The translations under genes and the position numbers were made by a program. A DNA stretch of 64,000 nucleotides from Heteronotia binoei (taxonomy: Eukaryota). Every line of letters starts with the position of its first letter. Position 1 is the stretch's first letter. Under the pieces are notes generated by a model, which saw nothing but the letters and a program-made list of their open reading frames with translations, did no database searches and was not told the DNA's origin. This document shows positions 36,883-47,849 of this stretch, in pieces. The stretch lies in NCBI RefSeq assembly GCF_032191835.1, contig NC_083233.1, positions 9,796,001 to 9,860,000 on the forward strand. The letters are read 5' to 3'.

Positions 36883-38555
36883 GCCAGACATGGCAAATCA
36901 CCTTTGAAAGTCTGTTGTCTGCCTCAAAAACCTTACACGGTTGCCATAAAACAAAGCAGCAGACAAGCACACCTTTAAGACCAACTCAGTTTTATTCAGA
37001 ATTTAAGCTTCCGTGTGCTCTTAAGCAGACTTCATCAGACAAAATGGGAATGGCAAGCAGCAGTTCTTAATATAAGTGGGCAGTGAGTTGGTACGTAGAA
37101 TCATGGGGATGTTTTTAGCACATTAAAAGAATCACAAATCTACACGGTTGCCATAAGTTAGCTGTGACTTGATGGCACTTTCCACCAGCACTGAGCAGCA
37201 CCTGACACTTCCACCTGCAGTTGGCTTGCCAGTTATCTATTTGGGGGGGGGGAGGGGGACACTTTTTCCTCAGGCAGTCTGGCTCAAGGCTTTCAACAGG
37301 TCAGTCTCTACATATGCATACAACACAGGGCCTTCATTCTCTCCAGGTGCGTTGGCAACCCTGTATGTAGGGTGAAGGCTGGGCTGGGCCTGTTTCTCCC
37401 TGACATGGCAATTTTCATACTGGAAGGAATTACTTTCTGTTTCCTATTAATGTGGAAACCCCCCCCCCCCACACACACAGTTAAGAACATCAGAAGAGCC
37501 CTTCTGGATCAGGCCAGTGGTGCATTGAGTCCAGCATCCCGTCTCATACAGTTGCCAACCAGTTCCTCTGGAGGGCCAACAACAGGGCAGAGAGGCCGAG
37601 GCCTCCCCCCTCATATTGCATCCTGGCACTGGGTGATGGGGGAATTCCGGAAAGAGCCACATGTGGCTCCCCAGTCACAGTTTGGCCACCTCTGATCTAG
37701 AGGAAGTGGCTGGCCACTGTGTGAGATGGGATGCTGGACTAGATGGGCCATGAGTCTGATCCAGCAGGGCTCTTCTGATGTCTATTTTCTCAGGAGTCGC
37801 TCTGTTCTTCAGACAGCAATCTGAGCTCTGGGTGCCTGTTCTGGAGCACAATTGACACTCCCCAGAGTTGCCAGCTTTTGAAGTGGTCCCACTCTCTGCC
37901 CCTTTAATATCGGTTTGGTCCGCAGCAAATACCAGGTGGCCTTATTTCTCTCTATGCCATGAAAAGCTTCAGCTGCTTGTTTTCACACATTAAGGCTCCC
38001 TTAAAGGAACCCTTAAAGGTCTGGCTAGCCTGACCTCATCTGATTGCAGAAGCTAAGCAGGGTGGGCTCTTGAATGGGAAACCACCAAGGAAGTTCAGGG
38101 TCACCAAGGAAGTTCAGGGTGCAGACAGATGATGGCAAGGCTCCTCTGAACTTCACTTGCCTTGAGAACTCCTTGCGGGCTCACCACAAATTGGCTGCAG
38201 ATTGATGACATTTTTCTTCAAGTGTGTTGGCAACCCTAAGTTGGGCACAATAACAAAAGTTGATACTTCCTGTCAACTAAAGTGTCCCACCATGTTTTAA
38301 AGGCAGCATCCTATGAACAATGTGTGTTTACATATGCTATACATAAGGCACAAACCCCAAAAGTGGTGTCAGAAGAGTGTATGTAGGAGTTCATTTCTGA
38401 TCCCTTGGCATTTCACCTTCAGCAATATAAAGCACTAGCCTTCTACTGAGTCAGGCCTTTAATTCATCGATGCCATCTTTGCCAGCTCTGACTGGCAGGG
38501 GGTCTCCAGTTGCCCCTCACCTCCTACCTGATCCTCTTGAACCCAGGGCCTCCTG

Positions 38556-38697
38556 CATGAGCGTTGCTACAGCAATCTCTTGGTGATGCTCCAACCAAGA
38601 TACCTCAGGGCAGCAATGAATCAGACATGAGCGTTGCTACAGCAATCTCTTGGTGATGCTCCAACCAAGATACCTCAGGGCAGCGATGAATCAGACA
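38556..38697. repeat. 70-bp tandem duplication
   Basis: catgagcgttgctacagcaatctc at 38556 and 38626. Confidence 0.95.
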
Positions 38698-38699
38698 AT

Positions 38700-39615
38700 A
38701 TTGCCACAGCCCACTCCCCTAAGTATTGCTTCGGGCAAACGCCGAAGGATAAAGGGACACAAATCTAACATCAAGAATCACAAAATTGAGAAACTTTTAG
38801 AACACTTCAGTCTTCCAGGACATTCAATGGGTGACCTCAATGTAGCTGTTTTATTGCAAAGGAACTTCAGGAACAGATGGGAATGGGAGACTGGTGAATT
38901 ACAAGTTATTACAAACTCAGACGTATGGACCCCCAGGACTTAACAGATATTGGCTTCTTATCTCACTACACGCTAAGTCACTCAGTTCTCAATTATATCC
39001 AGTAATCAAACTTTGTTGGTCTTGGAGGTGCCATTGGACACAAACTTAGTTCTCACATCTGCTTTTTAACTGCTTTATTATCCATATACCAACTTACCAT
39101 AGCTTACCTAATGTGTTATTCTGACCTCAGCTGTATTTATTGCTAAGTTACTTAGGCATCTTGGCTCTAATTGGCTCTTCCTGGGAAACCCCACTCACCG
39201 TGTAATATTTGAGGAAATCTGCGCAGTGTATCTGAATTAGTGTACATACTAAGTCTCTTTGTTCTCGCTTGTACCCAGAATTGAACTTTATTTGTCTTGT
39301 AAAGTGCCACTGGACTTAAGCATCATTCCTATACCTGTTTGTTATCTCTTGCATTTGTATGCTAATTTACTGCCATTCATTAGATCTTTCTTCCATTCTA
39401 TCTCAGCTCTAATCGCACCCAATATCTTGACTCTAAAAGGCCCTTCCTGACAACCCCCATCCCTCTCCTATAAGCAGTGGAGGTTCTGCTCCATCTTTCT
39501 GAAGAAGTGTGCCTGTACACAAAAGTTTATACCATGAATAAAACTTCAAGGTGCCCCCCTGGACTCAGGCTTTGTTCTGCTGCTTCAGACCAGAAGGCTG
39601 CCCACCTGAATCTGG
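38700..39615 (+). mobile_element. Penelope-like element 3' fragment (GIY-YIG C-terminus and terminal repeat)
   Basis: RIKGHKSNIKNHKIEK..EHFSLPGHSMGDLNVAVLLQRNF..R..RE.AEL is typical of the Penelope endonuclease tail. The terminal motif gaagaagtgtgcctg...aataaaact..ggtgcc.ctggactc recurs in short form near 20920-21065, 23065-23160, 30195-30330, 36965-37050, 46790-46920 and 55690-55885. Confidence 0.7.
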
Positions 39616-41589
39616 GCTGCCTTCTAATGGTGCCCTCCTTGACCAAAATATCCCAGGGTGGCCCTGAACCAGACAAGATTGCCACAGGCCTGGAATCTAG
39701 AGCAGGATCTTCATTATGAGGGGAGTTCCCCCACCCCAGAAATCTTCAAGGGACCCGTAAGTCTTGTTTGCGAGGGCTTTTGATGGGGTATGAACAGCAG
39801 GCATCTTTTGGGGGGGGGGTTATTGTATTTGGTTTTAATCTGTTGTTTTAATTATTACTTATAAGCCAAGAGGAAAATTGGTGTACATTTTTTATAACTT
39901 TAGGGTCTCCTGCTGGCCTAGAAAAAACATCCTGCTCCTTTAAGAGAGGCTGCATGAGTAGAAATATGCAGTTTGAATCTTTTCATGACATGGAGCTAGA
40001 CCATGGGTGGCCAAACTGTGGCTCAGAAGCCACGTGTGGCTCTTTCACACTTATTGTGTGGCTCTTGAAGCCCCCACTGCCCTGTCAGCAGACTTGGAGA
40101 AGGCATTTCTTTCTTTAAATCACTTCTCCAAGCCAAGCCAGCTGGCAGCTTGGAGAATGCATTTAAAGTCAAAGTTTCTTTCTTTCCACCTCTCGCTCCT
40201 CCCATCTATTTGCCTTCCTTCCCTCAAACATCTGATGTTCATGTCTTGTGGCTCTCAGACATCTGACATTTTTTCTATGTGGCTCTTGACCCCTGAGCTA
40301 GACAACATCATCTGGAGCCACATATGCCACTTTCACACATCTTATGTGGCTCTTGAAGCCCCCCCCCCCGTCAGCCAGCTTGGAAAAGGCATTTATTATA
40401 GCTGGTGGCTTGGAGAATGTATTTAAAGTTAAAGCTGCTTTCTTTCCTCCTCTCTCTCCCTCCCCCATCTATTTGCCTGCCTGCTTCCTTCCTTCCTTGT
40501 GGCTCTCAAACATCTGACGTCTATTCTATGTGGCTTTTATGTTAAGCAAGTTTGGTCACCCCTGATCTGGACTTTGCTGCAGATCAGACTGATGTTAAAG
40601 GGACAGCGAGAGGGTCCAGTGTGCTAGGACAGGGGTCCCCAACCCCTGGTCCATGGACTGGTACTGGTTTATGGCCTGTTAGCAACCGGGCCATGAGTTG
40701 GATAATTATTTAATTATATATTACAATGTAGTAGTAGTAGGAGTAATTAATAACAAGATCAACAACAACACATCGGATTTATAGCCTGCCCTCTACTCTG
40801 AATCTCAGAGCAGCTCACAATCTCCTTTATCTCTTTCCCCCACAACAGACACCCTGTGAGAGGTGGGGCTGAGAGAGCTCTTATAGCAGCTGCCCTTTCA
40901 AGGACAACTCCTGTGAGAGCTATGGCTGACCCAAGGCCATTCCAGCAGGTGCAAGTGGAGGAGTGGGGAATCAACCCCAGTTCCCTCAGATAAGAGTCCA
41001 TGCGCTTAACCACCACACCAAAATAAAGTGCACAATTGTATCATCCCGAAACCATCCCGCCCCCCCCCCCCCCCCGGTAGAAAAATTGCCTTCCACAAAA
41101 CCGGTCCCTGTGATCCTTTTTGGCACCACTGTGCTAGGAGGATCACAGTCTTGAGAGCCAGTGTGATGTGGTGGTTATAGTGTTGGACTAGGCTCTGGGA
41201 GCCCTGGATTTGAATCCCCACTCATCCCATGGGAGCCTGCTGGGCTAGTCACATGCTTTCAGCCTCAACTACCTCACAGGGTTGTCGTGAGGATGAAAGG
41301 AGAGGAGGATAAGGATGACCCAACAAGCCTCGTCCTCAAGACGGGGTACAAATGAAGCCAGTTAATAAATAAGCCTTCTAGCGCAATCCCATGCCTACTC
41401 AGGAGTCTGTCCTGCTAAGTGAAATGGCATACACTCCCTTCCAAGGAAATGCGAGTTTACTGAACGAGCACACAATTCGCTGTGCACCTCCAAGTCCCTC
41501 AACAAGGTGACTGGCAGAAATTCCAGCCTCATTCAAAGGTGTTTGCTTGCAGGTGCGTCTTGCCTACTTAGCAATTACACCTCCCAAGT

Positions 41590-42350
41590 ATGGCTACACA
41601 AAACAGATTCGGAAGCGGCAACCCCACGACCCTTTCTTCAAGGGCAAGCCCCGTCACGGCACTCCCGAAGGCTCACGTCCAACGCAGCCGTGCCCGGGGC
41701 TCTTCCCGGCCGCCCTGTGTCCTTGGGGGCCAATCGCTGGGCGGCGAGGGGCCCGCAGGGGCACGGGATTGGCTGGGCCCTTGTGGAGGGGCGGGGGCGA
41801 GGAGGCAGGGCGCCAGTCCTCATGAAGTGGAGCCGCTCGGGCCGCTATAAAAAGCGGCTGCGGCGGGCTCCGGCTTGAGACTTGCCGGCCATGGAGCAGC
41901 AGCGGCGGTGGCGCTGGGTTGCGGGCCTGGTGGCGCTGCTGGCGTGTTGCCTGCGGGGGGCGCTCGCCTTCGAGGTGGACGAGGAGTGCTGCGAGTGGTG
42001 GGCCGAGAGCGTGGAGTGGCCGGTGGGCGCCAGCGAGTGCCCCGTGAACCCCGACGACCTGCAGGAGACCTACTGCTGCGGCCTCTGCTTCGCCCAGCAC
42101 CAGACCAACGTCCCCCAAGGCTGGCTGGACGACGTCTGCCCCGTCGACGATCCCCTGCCTGCCGCGTCTGGCTCGGCGTCGAGCTCCGGCGGGGGTAAGG
42201 CGGCTGCAGCCCGGGGGGGGGGGGGAGTCCAGCCTGTTGGGCAGCTTTCCTGCCTCGACGGGCGGCTCTGCGGGCTCCTTCGAGGAAGCGGCGCCGGGCA
42301 GCCCTTCCCGTCCAGGATGCCTTCCCGGGCGTGGCCTCCTTCACCCCGGG
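41590..42350. promoter_or_regulatory. CpG island with ShL-4 promoter (CCAAT 41730, inverted CCAAT 41768, GC box 41788, TATAAAAA 41846)
   Basis: The only long CpG-dense, very GC-rich stretch in the window. It covers the promoter and exon 1. Confidence 0.8.
41891..42194 (+). CDS. Shisa-like gene ShL-4, exon 1 (7-Cys variant)
   Basis: Kozak gccATGG. Signal MEQQRRWRWVAGLVALLACCLRGALA, then ECCEWW..SECP..TYCCGLCFAQHQT..WLDDVCP. Donor G|GTAAGG at 42194/42195, phase 1. Confidence 0.82.
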
Positions 42351-42352
42351 CT

Positions 42353-42839
42353 TAGGGTTGCCAATCCCCAGGTGGGGGCAGGGGATCCCCTGGTTTGGAG
42401 GCCCTCCCCCCGCTTCAGGGTCATCAGAAAGCGGGGGGAGGGGAGGGAAATGTCTGCTGGGTACTCATGATTCCCTATGAAGACTTATTCCCATAGAAAA
42501 TAATGGAGAATTTATTCACGGGTATCTGGGGCTCTGGGGGTCCTGTTTTTTGAGGTAGAGGCACCAAATTTTCAGCATATTATCCAGTGGCTCTCCCCAA
42601 ATTACTCCCCAAGTTTCATAAAGATTGGACTAGGGGGTTCAATTCTATGAGCCCCGAAAGAAGGTGCCCCTATCCTTCATTATTTCCTATGGAAGGAAGG
42701 CATTTAAAAGATATGCCGTCCCTTGAAATGTGATGGCCAAAACTCCCTTTGGAGTTCAATTATGCTTGCCACCCCCAATGTCTCCTGGCTCCACCCCCAA
42801 AATCCCCAGATATTTCTTGAATTGGACTTGGCAACCTTA
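42353..42839. mobile_element. hAT-type MITE in the ShL-4 intron
   Basis: TAGGGTTGCCAA...TTGGCAACCTTA. TSD CCCGGGCT at 42345-42352 and 42845-42852, with a 5-nt slip between TIR and right TSD. Confidence 0.88.
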
Positions 42840-44712
42840 CCTTACCCGGGCTGCCCACTTTCTGGGACCTGCGTGTGGCTCTCCTTGGAAGCCGGTGGGG
42901 GGGGGGGATCCTGTCCCTGCTGCTGCCCTCCCCTGGCCGCCTGGCAACTCGAGCAGAGCAGCCAAAGGCCTTGCGGAAGTCCTGGGGGGGGGGGGCTGGA
43001 AAGGGAGCGGCTGGCTCTGCTGTTGGGCCTCCAGCTACTTCTGCCTCTGAAATCACCTCCGTGGTGGTTCCATGGATTCTGGCAGTTCTGCTCCCCGTGC
43101 ATGAGTTGACTTGCCTTGGGAGCTGCCTGTGCCGGTGGCCGCTCCATCCCGTCCCCTCGGGCTTCCGCGGTCTCAAGGTGGGGCGCATTCTCCGTCGTGT
43201 CGTGCGCCCCTGCAGGTCGGTAAAGAAAAAGTTGCGTGACTTTTCTCTACAGGAAGATCCCCAGCCCCTGCGTTGTCTTTAGTGTTGCCAACTCTTGGCT
43301 TGAGAAATTCCTGGAGGTTTGGGGGCAGTGGCTGGGGTGGGTGGACTTTAAGCGATGACTTCACCTATGCTAGGACGCTGTATGCGCAGCTGTGGAAACA
43401 GGGAAAAATACCAGAGAAATGGGATTGGATTGTGAAAGTTTTATTGTGGAGTGGGATGGACAAATTAACGAAAACCTTAAGAGACTTTGATTTAGATATA
43501 TTCAAAAAGGAGTGGAAGAAATTTAAAGGATATATGGAGAAAGAGTGGAATGTTAAAGGACATTGGACAATTTTTTAGCATTAATGAGAAAAGAAAAATA
43601 ATGAACTTGGTTAGTGGTACCTTTATAATGGAAACTAAATTTTGTAACTTCGGGGAAGTCAAATATTGGTGGGAGGGGGGGTTGAAATATCATATGGGTT
43701 AGTATAGAAAAGAGACAATTAAGTACTGTAACCATATGTTATTAATAAATTGCTAAAACACAAAGTGATAACTTCACCTAGAATCAATTGAGCTGCCATG
43801 TTGTCCAGAGGAGAAGATTGGTTTTATACCCCACCCTTTACTCGTGAGTGGCTTACAATCGCCTTCCTTTTTTCTTTCACCACAACAGACGGTCAGTGGG
43901 GGGCTGTTAGAGCTCTGGGAGAATTGTGACTGATGCAGGGTCACACCAGCAGGTGAAGAAATGGGGAATCAAACTCAGTTCTTCAGACTGGAGTCCATTG
44001 TTCTTAGCCGGTGCACCAAGCTGATCTCTGAAGTCTGGCGATCAAGTGTGGTGTTGTGGTGAAGAGTTTGGGAGTTGCGTCTGAGAGACCCAGATAGCTC
44101 CTTTGAAGCTTTCTGGGTGGCCCTGGGCCCAGTCACCCACTCTCAGCCTAGCCTGCCTGCCTCACAGGGGGTGTTGTGAGGGTAAAATGGAGGATGGGTG
44201 AATACTGTAAGCTGCTTTCTAGGAGGACTTCAGACCCTGCCTGGACATTGGCAACCCCATTGCTTGCCTTTTTCTGGCTCAGTATGTGGAACAGAGCAGC
44301 CAGGATCAAGAACTGAAGCACCTGGTTCTCTTGTGTATCAGGAAACTCCTTGTGCCTAAGTTTCCTGGTTGGTTTTGCTGCTTATCCTTTTGGCTCTGGA
44401 GGCCTCTGCTACTGGGACTGGGAAAGTCTCTTCCAATGAGCCAGGCTCCCTGCAGCATCCAGCTCTGGAGGCGCCTGAGGCCGAACTGGGAGTGGGGGCG
44501 GCTTTCAACACTTGGAGAATATTTTGAGCCTCTGAAGTTCACCTCGTACCAAATAGGATCTTGCAGATGACTTCTTTCCATTTCTTTCCTGTAGAAAGAG
44601 AAGCTTTAGGCTGGCATAGGCACCCTTAACCGGGAACTGTGCAAAAGTCTGCTTCTCTCCCCACCACCAGTCAGTACTTCCTAATGTGGGGGGTGGGACG
44701 GGCCTCACCTCA

Positions 44713-45278
44713 AGGGGAGGGACGGTGGCTCAGTGGTAGAGCATCTGCTCGGGAAGCAGAAGGTCCCAGGTTCAATCCCTGGCATCTCCAAAAAGGGTCC
44801 AGGCAAAGAGGTGTGAAAAACCTCAGCTTGAGACCCTGGAGAGCAGGGGAGGGATGGTGGCTCAGGGGTAGAGCATCTGCTTGGGAAGCAGAAGGTCCCA
44901 GGTTCAATCCCTGGCATCTCCAAAAAAGGGTCCAGGCAAATAGGTGCGAAAAACCTCCGCTTGAGACCCTGGAGAGCCGCTGCCAGTCTGAGAAGACAAT
45001 ACTGACTTTGATGGACCGAGGGTCTGATTCAGTATAAGGCAGCTTCATATGTTCATGTTTTGGGGAGGGATGGTGGCTCAGTGGTAAAGCATCTGCTTGG
45101 GAAGCAGAAGGTCCCAGGTTCAATCCCTGGCATCTCCAAAAAAAGGGTCCAGGCAAATAGGTGTGAAAAACCTCAGCTGGAGACCCTGGAGAGCCGCTGC
45201 CAGTCTGAGAAGACAATACTGACTTTGATGGACCAAGGGTCGGATTCAGTATAAGGGAGCTTCTTATGTTCATATATA
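44713..45278 (+). mobile_element. Head-to-tail array of tRNA-derived SINEs (dimer + monomer)
   Basis: Heads at about 44713, 44845 and 45062. The first monomer is truncated at the same point as at 18918-19053. Confidence 0.88.
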
Positions 45279-45490
45279 TGTTCAGTGAAATACAGTTGAG
45301 GAGGAGGAGGAGCTATTCTGGATCACCTCGTTGGGCTGAACTGGTTTTATTCTTCTCTATGCCAAGCTTCTCCTGGAGAATGTGGGGGCTCGCTGGTGGA
45401 GGGAGGGGGAGGAGGCAGCCCTGTGGCCTGGAATGAAGATGGGAGTGAATAAGGCTTCTAATGATACTCTTCTGTCTCCCCCCCGCCCAG

Positions 45491-45882
45491 GTTTTTGGGG
45501 CTCCGCCATCGCTCTGATTGTCCCAGCAGTTTTCCTGATCCTCTTCTTCTGTGCCTGGCTGTGGCTGAAGGACACCCCCAGGGGCCCTGCCGTCGGTTCT
45601 GGCTCCACCAGAGGCTCCTCTTCCTCCCGGCTTCGGTCCTGTTATGGTGTCCGTTCAATGCCAAATGCGCTGAAGTTCATGCTTCCCACCTCCAAACCCC
45701 AGGACTCGCCCGCTCTCTCTGAAAATACTCATCTTCAGTTCTGTCAGCCAGCTGGGGCGAATGATGGCGTCTTGAGTCCTGTGGTGGTTCTGGGGCCCCC
45801 GGAGGAGCCTGTGCCTAGCGAGGCCCTGGAGGAGCCTGTGCCTGGGGGGCCCCCAGAGGAGCCTGCCTTGCCAGCCGAGTAA
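45491..45882 (+). CDS. Shisa-like gene ShL-4, exon 2
   Basis: Acceptor cttctgtctccccccc.gcccAG| at 45490, phase 1 (G+GT = Gly). TM FWGSAIALIVPAVFLILFFCAWLWL. Tail ends with (P/L)EEPV repeats. TAA at 45880-45882. Confidence 0.82.
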
Positions 45883-46205
45883 CCTGTGAATCCAAGTTGA
45901 CTTGAGGGCTGACCTCGGATGATGTGTCTGCATGTCGTGCAGTCACACAGCTTGTTTTTAGAATCTTTTTAGGGTCCAGGAAACATGTGAGATTGTGCTT
46001 TTATTATAGGCTAAAATGAGGGGGGGGGTTCCTTTTAAAATGTGTCAGGACATGCCCAAAGATGTTACTCGCTGTTGTTGTGGGTGGTGTGTTGGGCTGA
46101 CGGGGAAGCACTCCCTCCTCCCCCAGCTCACGGAGGCGTTTTGAAAGGGTGGGTTTTATGGAACGCTGGAGGCCACCTCGCTGGAAGCTGTGTCTGTTTG
46201 GAGTA

Positions 46206-46211
46206 AATAAA
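46206..46211 (+). terminator. Putative polyadenylation signal of ShL-4
   Basis: AATAAA about 325 nt after the stop codon. Confidence 0.55.
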
Positions 46212-47573
46212 GAATCTACAGGGAAAAAAGTACTTGTGCCGGCTCTTCTTTACACTATGATGTCAGGGTATTGTGTGCTAAAGGTCTCCTAATCTGAGCC
46301 TTTGAAGACCCAAGTTTACAACCTCTCCTCTCCCTGGCTTAACTAGTCCTGCCCTGGCCCAGTCTGCTCTGACCTCAGAAACTTAAACAGGGTCAGCCAC
46401 GGAAATAGATCAAGGCAGGTAGTTGTGTTAGTCTTTCTGTAACAGTAGGATAAAAAGAGCAAGCGTCCAGCAGCACCTTGAAGACTAACTTGAGGCAGGG
46501 CAGGAGCTTTCTGTGAGTCCCTGAAGAAGTGAGCAGTCTTGAAAGCTCCTCTCCGGCCACCAATTTGTGTAAGTCTTTAAGGAGCTGCTGGACTCCTGCT
46601 CTTTCTACAGGGTCAGCCATGGGCAGCATTTGGATGGGAGACCATCAAGGAAGCCCAGGGTCACTACGCGCAGGCAGGCAGCAGCCAACCACCTCTGCTC
46701 ATCTCTCTGGGCCTTAAACATCTCTCTGTGACTTGACGGCACTTTGCAGACAAAACCAAAATTTCAACAAGACGGGGCGATTTTACAGAGATTTAGGTGG
46801 GCAGCCGTGTTGGTCTGAAGCAGTAGAACAAAGCAAAGTCAAGAAGCACCTTTAAGACCAACAAAAGTTTTATTCAGAATGGAAGCTTTTGTGTGGCTGC
46901 ACACTTCTTCAGGTGAGGAATGAGGTGCAGGAAGGAGAGCTACGTACAGCTGGTGGGATTTAGAAGGCAAAGCGGCAGTGCAGCAGCTTGACTAACGCTG
47001 GGCGGTCAGGGCCTCAAGCGGGTGCAGAGCTTGAAGGACGGGAGCCACTGATACCCAATGGGCCATCCTGAGGCCAGGGTTGCCAACTTTGGGTTCTGAA
47101 GTACTTGGAGATTGGGGAGGGGGAGCCTGATGAGGGTGAGGTTTGGGGAAGGACTTCAAACCACCATAGAGTCCACCATCCCAAAGTGGCTGTTTTCTCT
47201 AGGTGGATCTGGAGGTCAGTTGTTACAGCAGGAGATCACCAGCCATCGCCTGGAGGTTGGTAGCCCTTCCAGAAGGTCTCAGGCGTCCTAAGAACACAGT
47301 TGCTTGTTAGGAGGGAGGGAATTTTAAGCAAGCAAAGCAGGTCTTATGAAATAAAGTGTGCTTCTCCCAGTAAGGAGAAGTATTGTTCTGCCATGGTTGC
47401 CCAGTATTGTTCTGCCCAGTATTCTGCCATGATTGTTGCTCTGCTTCTCTTGACAGAAAGAACAAGCGCAGCGGCCTTCACTGCTCTAGCCAAGCCAATG
47501 ATTTTTTTTACCATTTAGGTTGCTTTTTGCCTGGGTGGAAACTAAGCGATGGTGCAAGTTCGCTGCAGTGGGC

Positions 47574-47849
47574 TATAAAATGGGAGCAAGAGGCGGGCAC
47601 GTGATGGGGAGATTCACTTGGTCAGTTTGGCCAGACAGACTGGATTTTTTTTTTGTCTTCGCTGCAAATGCCGTTTTACAGAACGGATGCGCCAGGCACA
47701 GGCTGGGGGAAGCAGAAGCAATGAACTCGCTTTGCGTGTGCACACAGCCAGCCACATCTTTCTAGAAGAGAGCCATGTGCAGGTGGTGTTGCCTCTCTGA
47801 GGAAGGAATGGGAGCTTGCTTCCCCGGGGTTTTTTGGAGTAGCACCTGA
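47574..47849 (+). pseudogene. Possible decayed Shisa-like exon 1
   Basis: TATAAAA at 47574 and ATG at 47604. One frame reads MGRFTWSVW..FFFVFAANAVLQNGC...LCVCTQPATSF*KRAMCRWCCLSEEGMGACFPG, with CCLSEE resembling ShL-2 CCSSEE. Cys spacing is imperfect and there is an in-frame stop. Confidence 0.3.

Noticed and set aside
39615-39765. Segment ending in GTAAGT with faint resemblance to the 3' end of ShL-1 exon 1 (tgaaccagacaag)
   Set aside because: No Cys core in any frame, several stops, and the similarity is too short to support.
42195-43282. Exon-1 read-through of ShL-4, plus a hydrophobic ORF (ITSVVVPWILAVLLPV) beyond the MITE as an alternative TM exon
   Set aside because: Removing the MITE joins exon 1 to a different frame that stops at 43050. 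No good acceptor was found, and 45491 provides a canonical phase-1 TM exon. Short read-through ORFs after all four donors are expected by chance.
33285-46700. 5S rRNA-like fragments (tctgatctcagaagctaagcagg...ggatgggagaccaccaagg) near 33300, 36280, 38030 and 46620
   Set aside because: Short, diverged and embedded in SINE sequence; not intact 5S genes.
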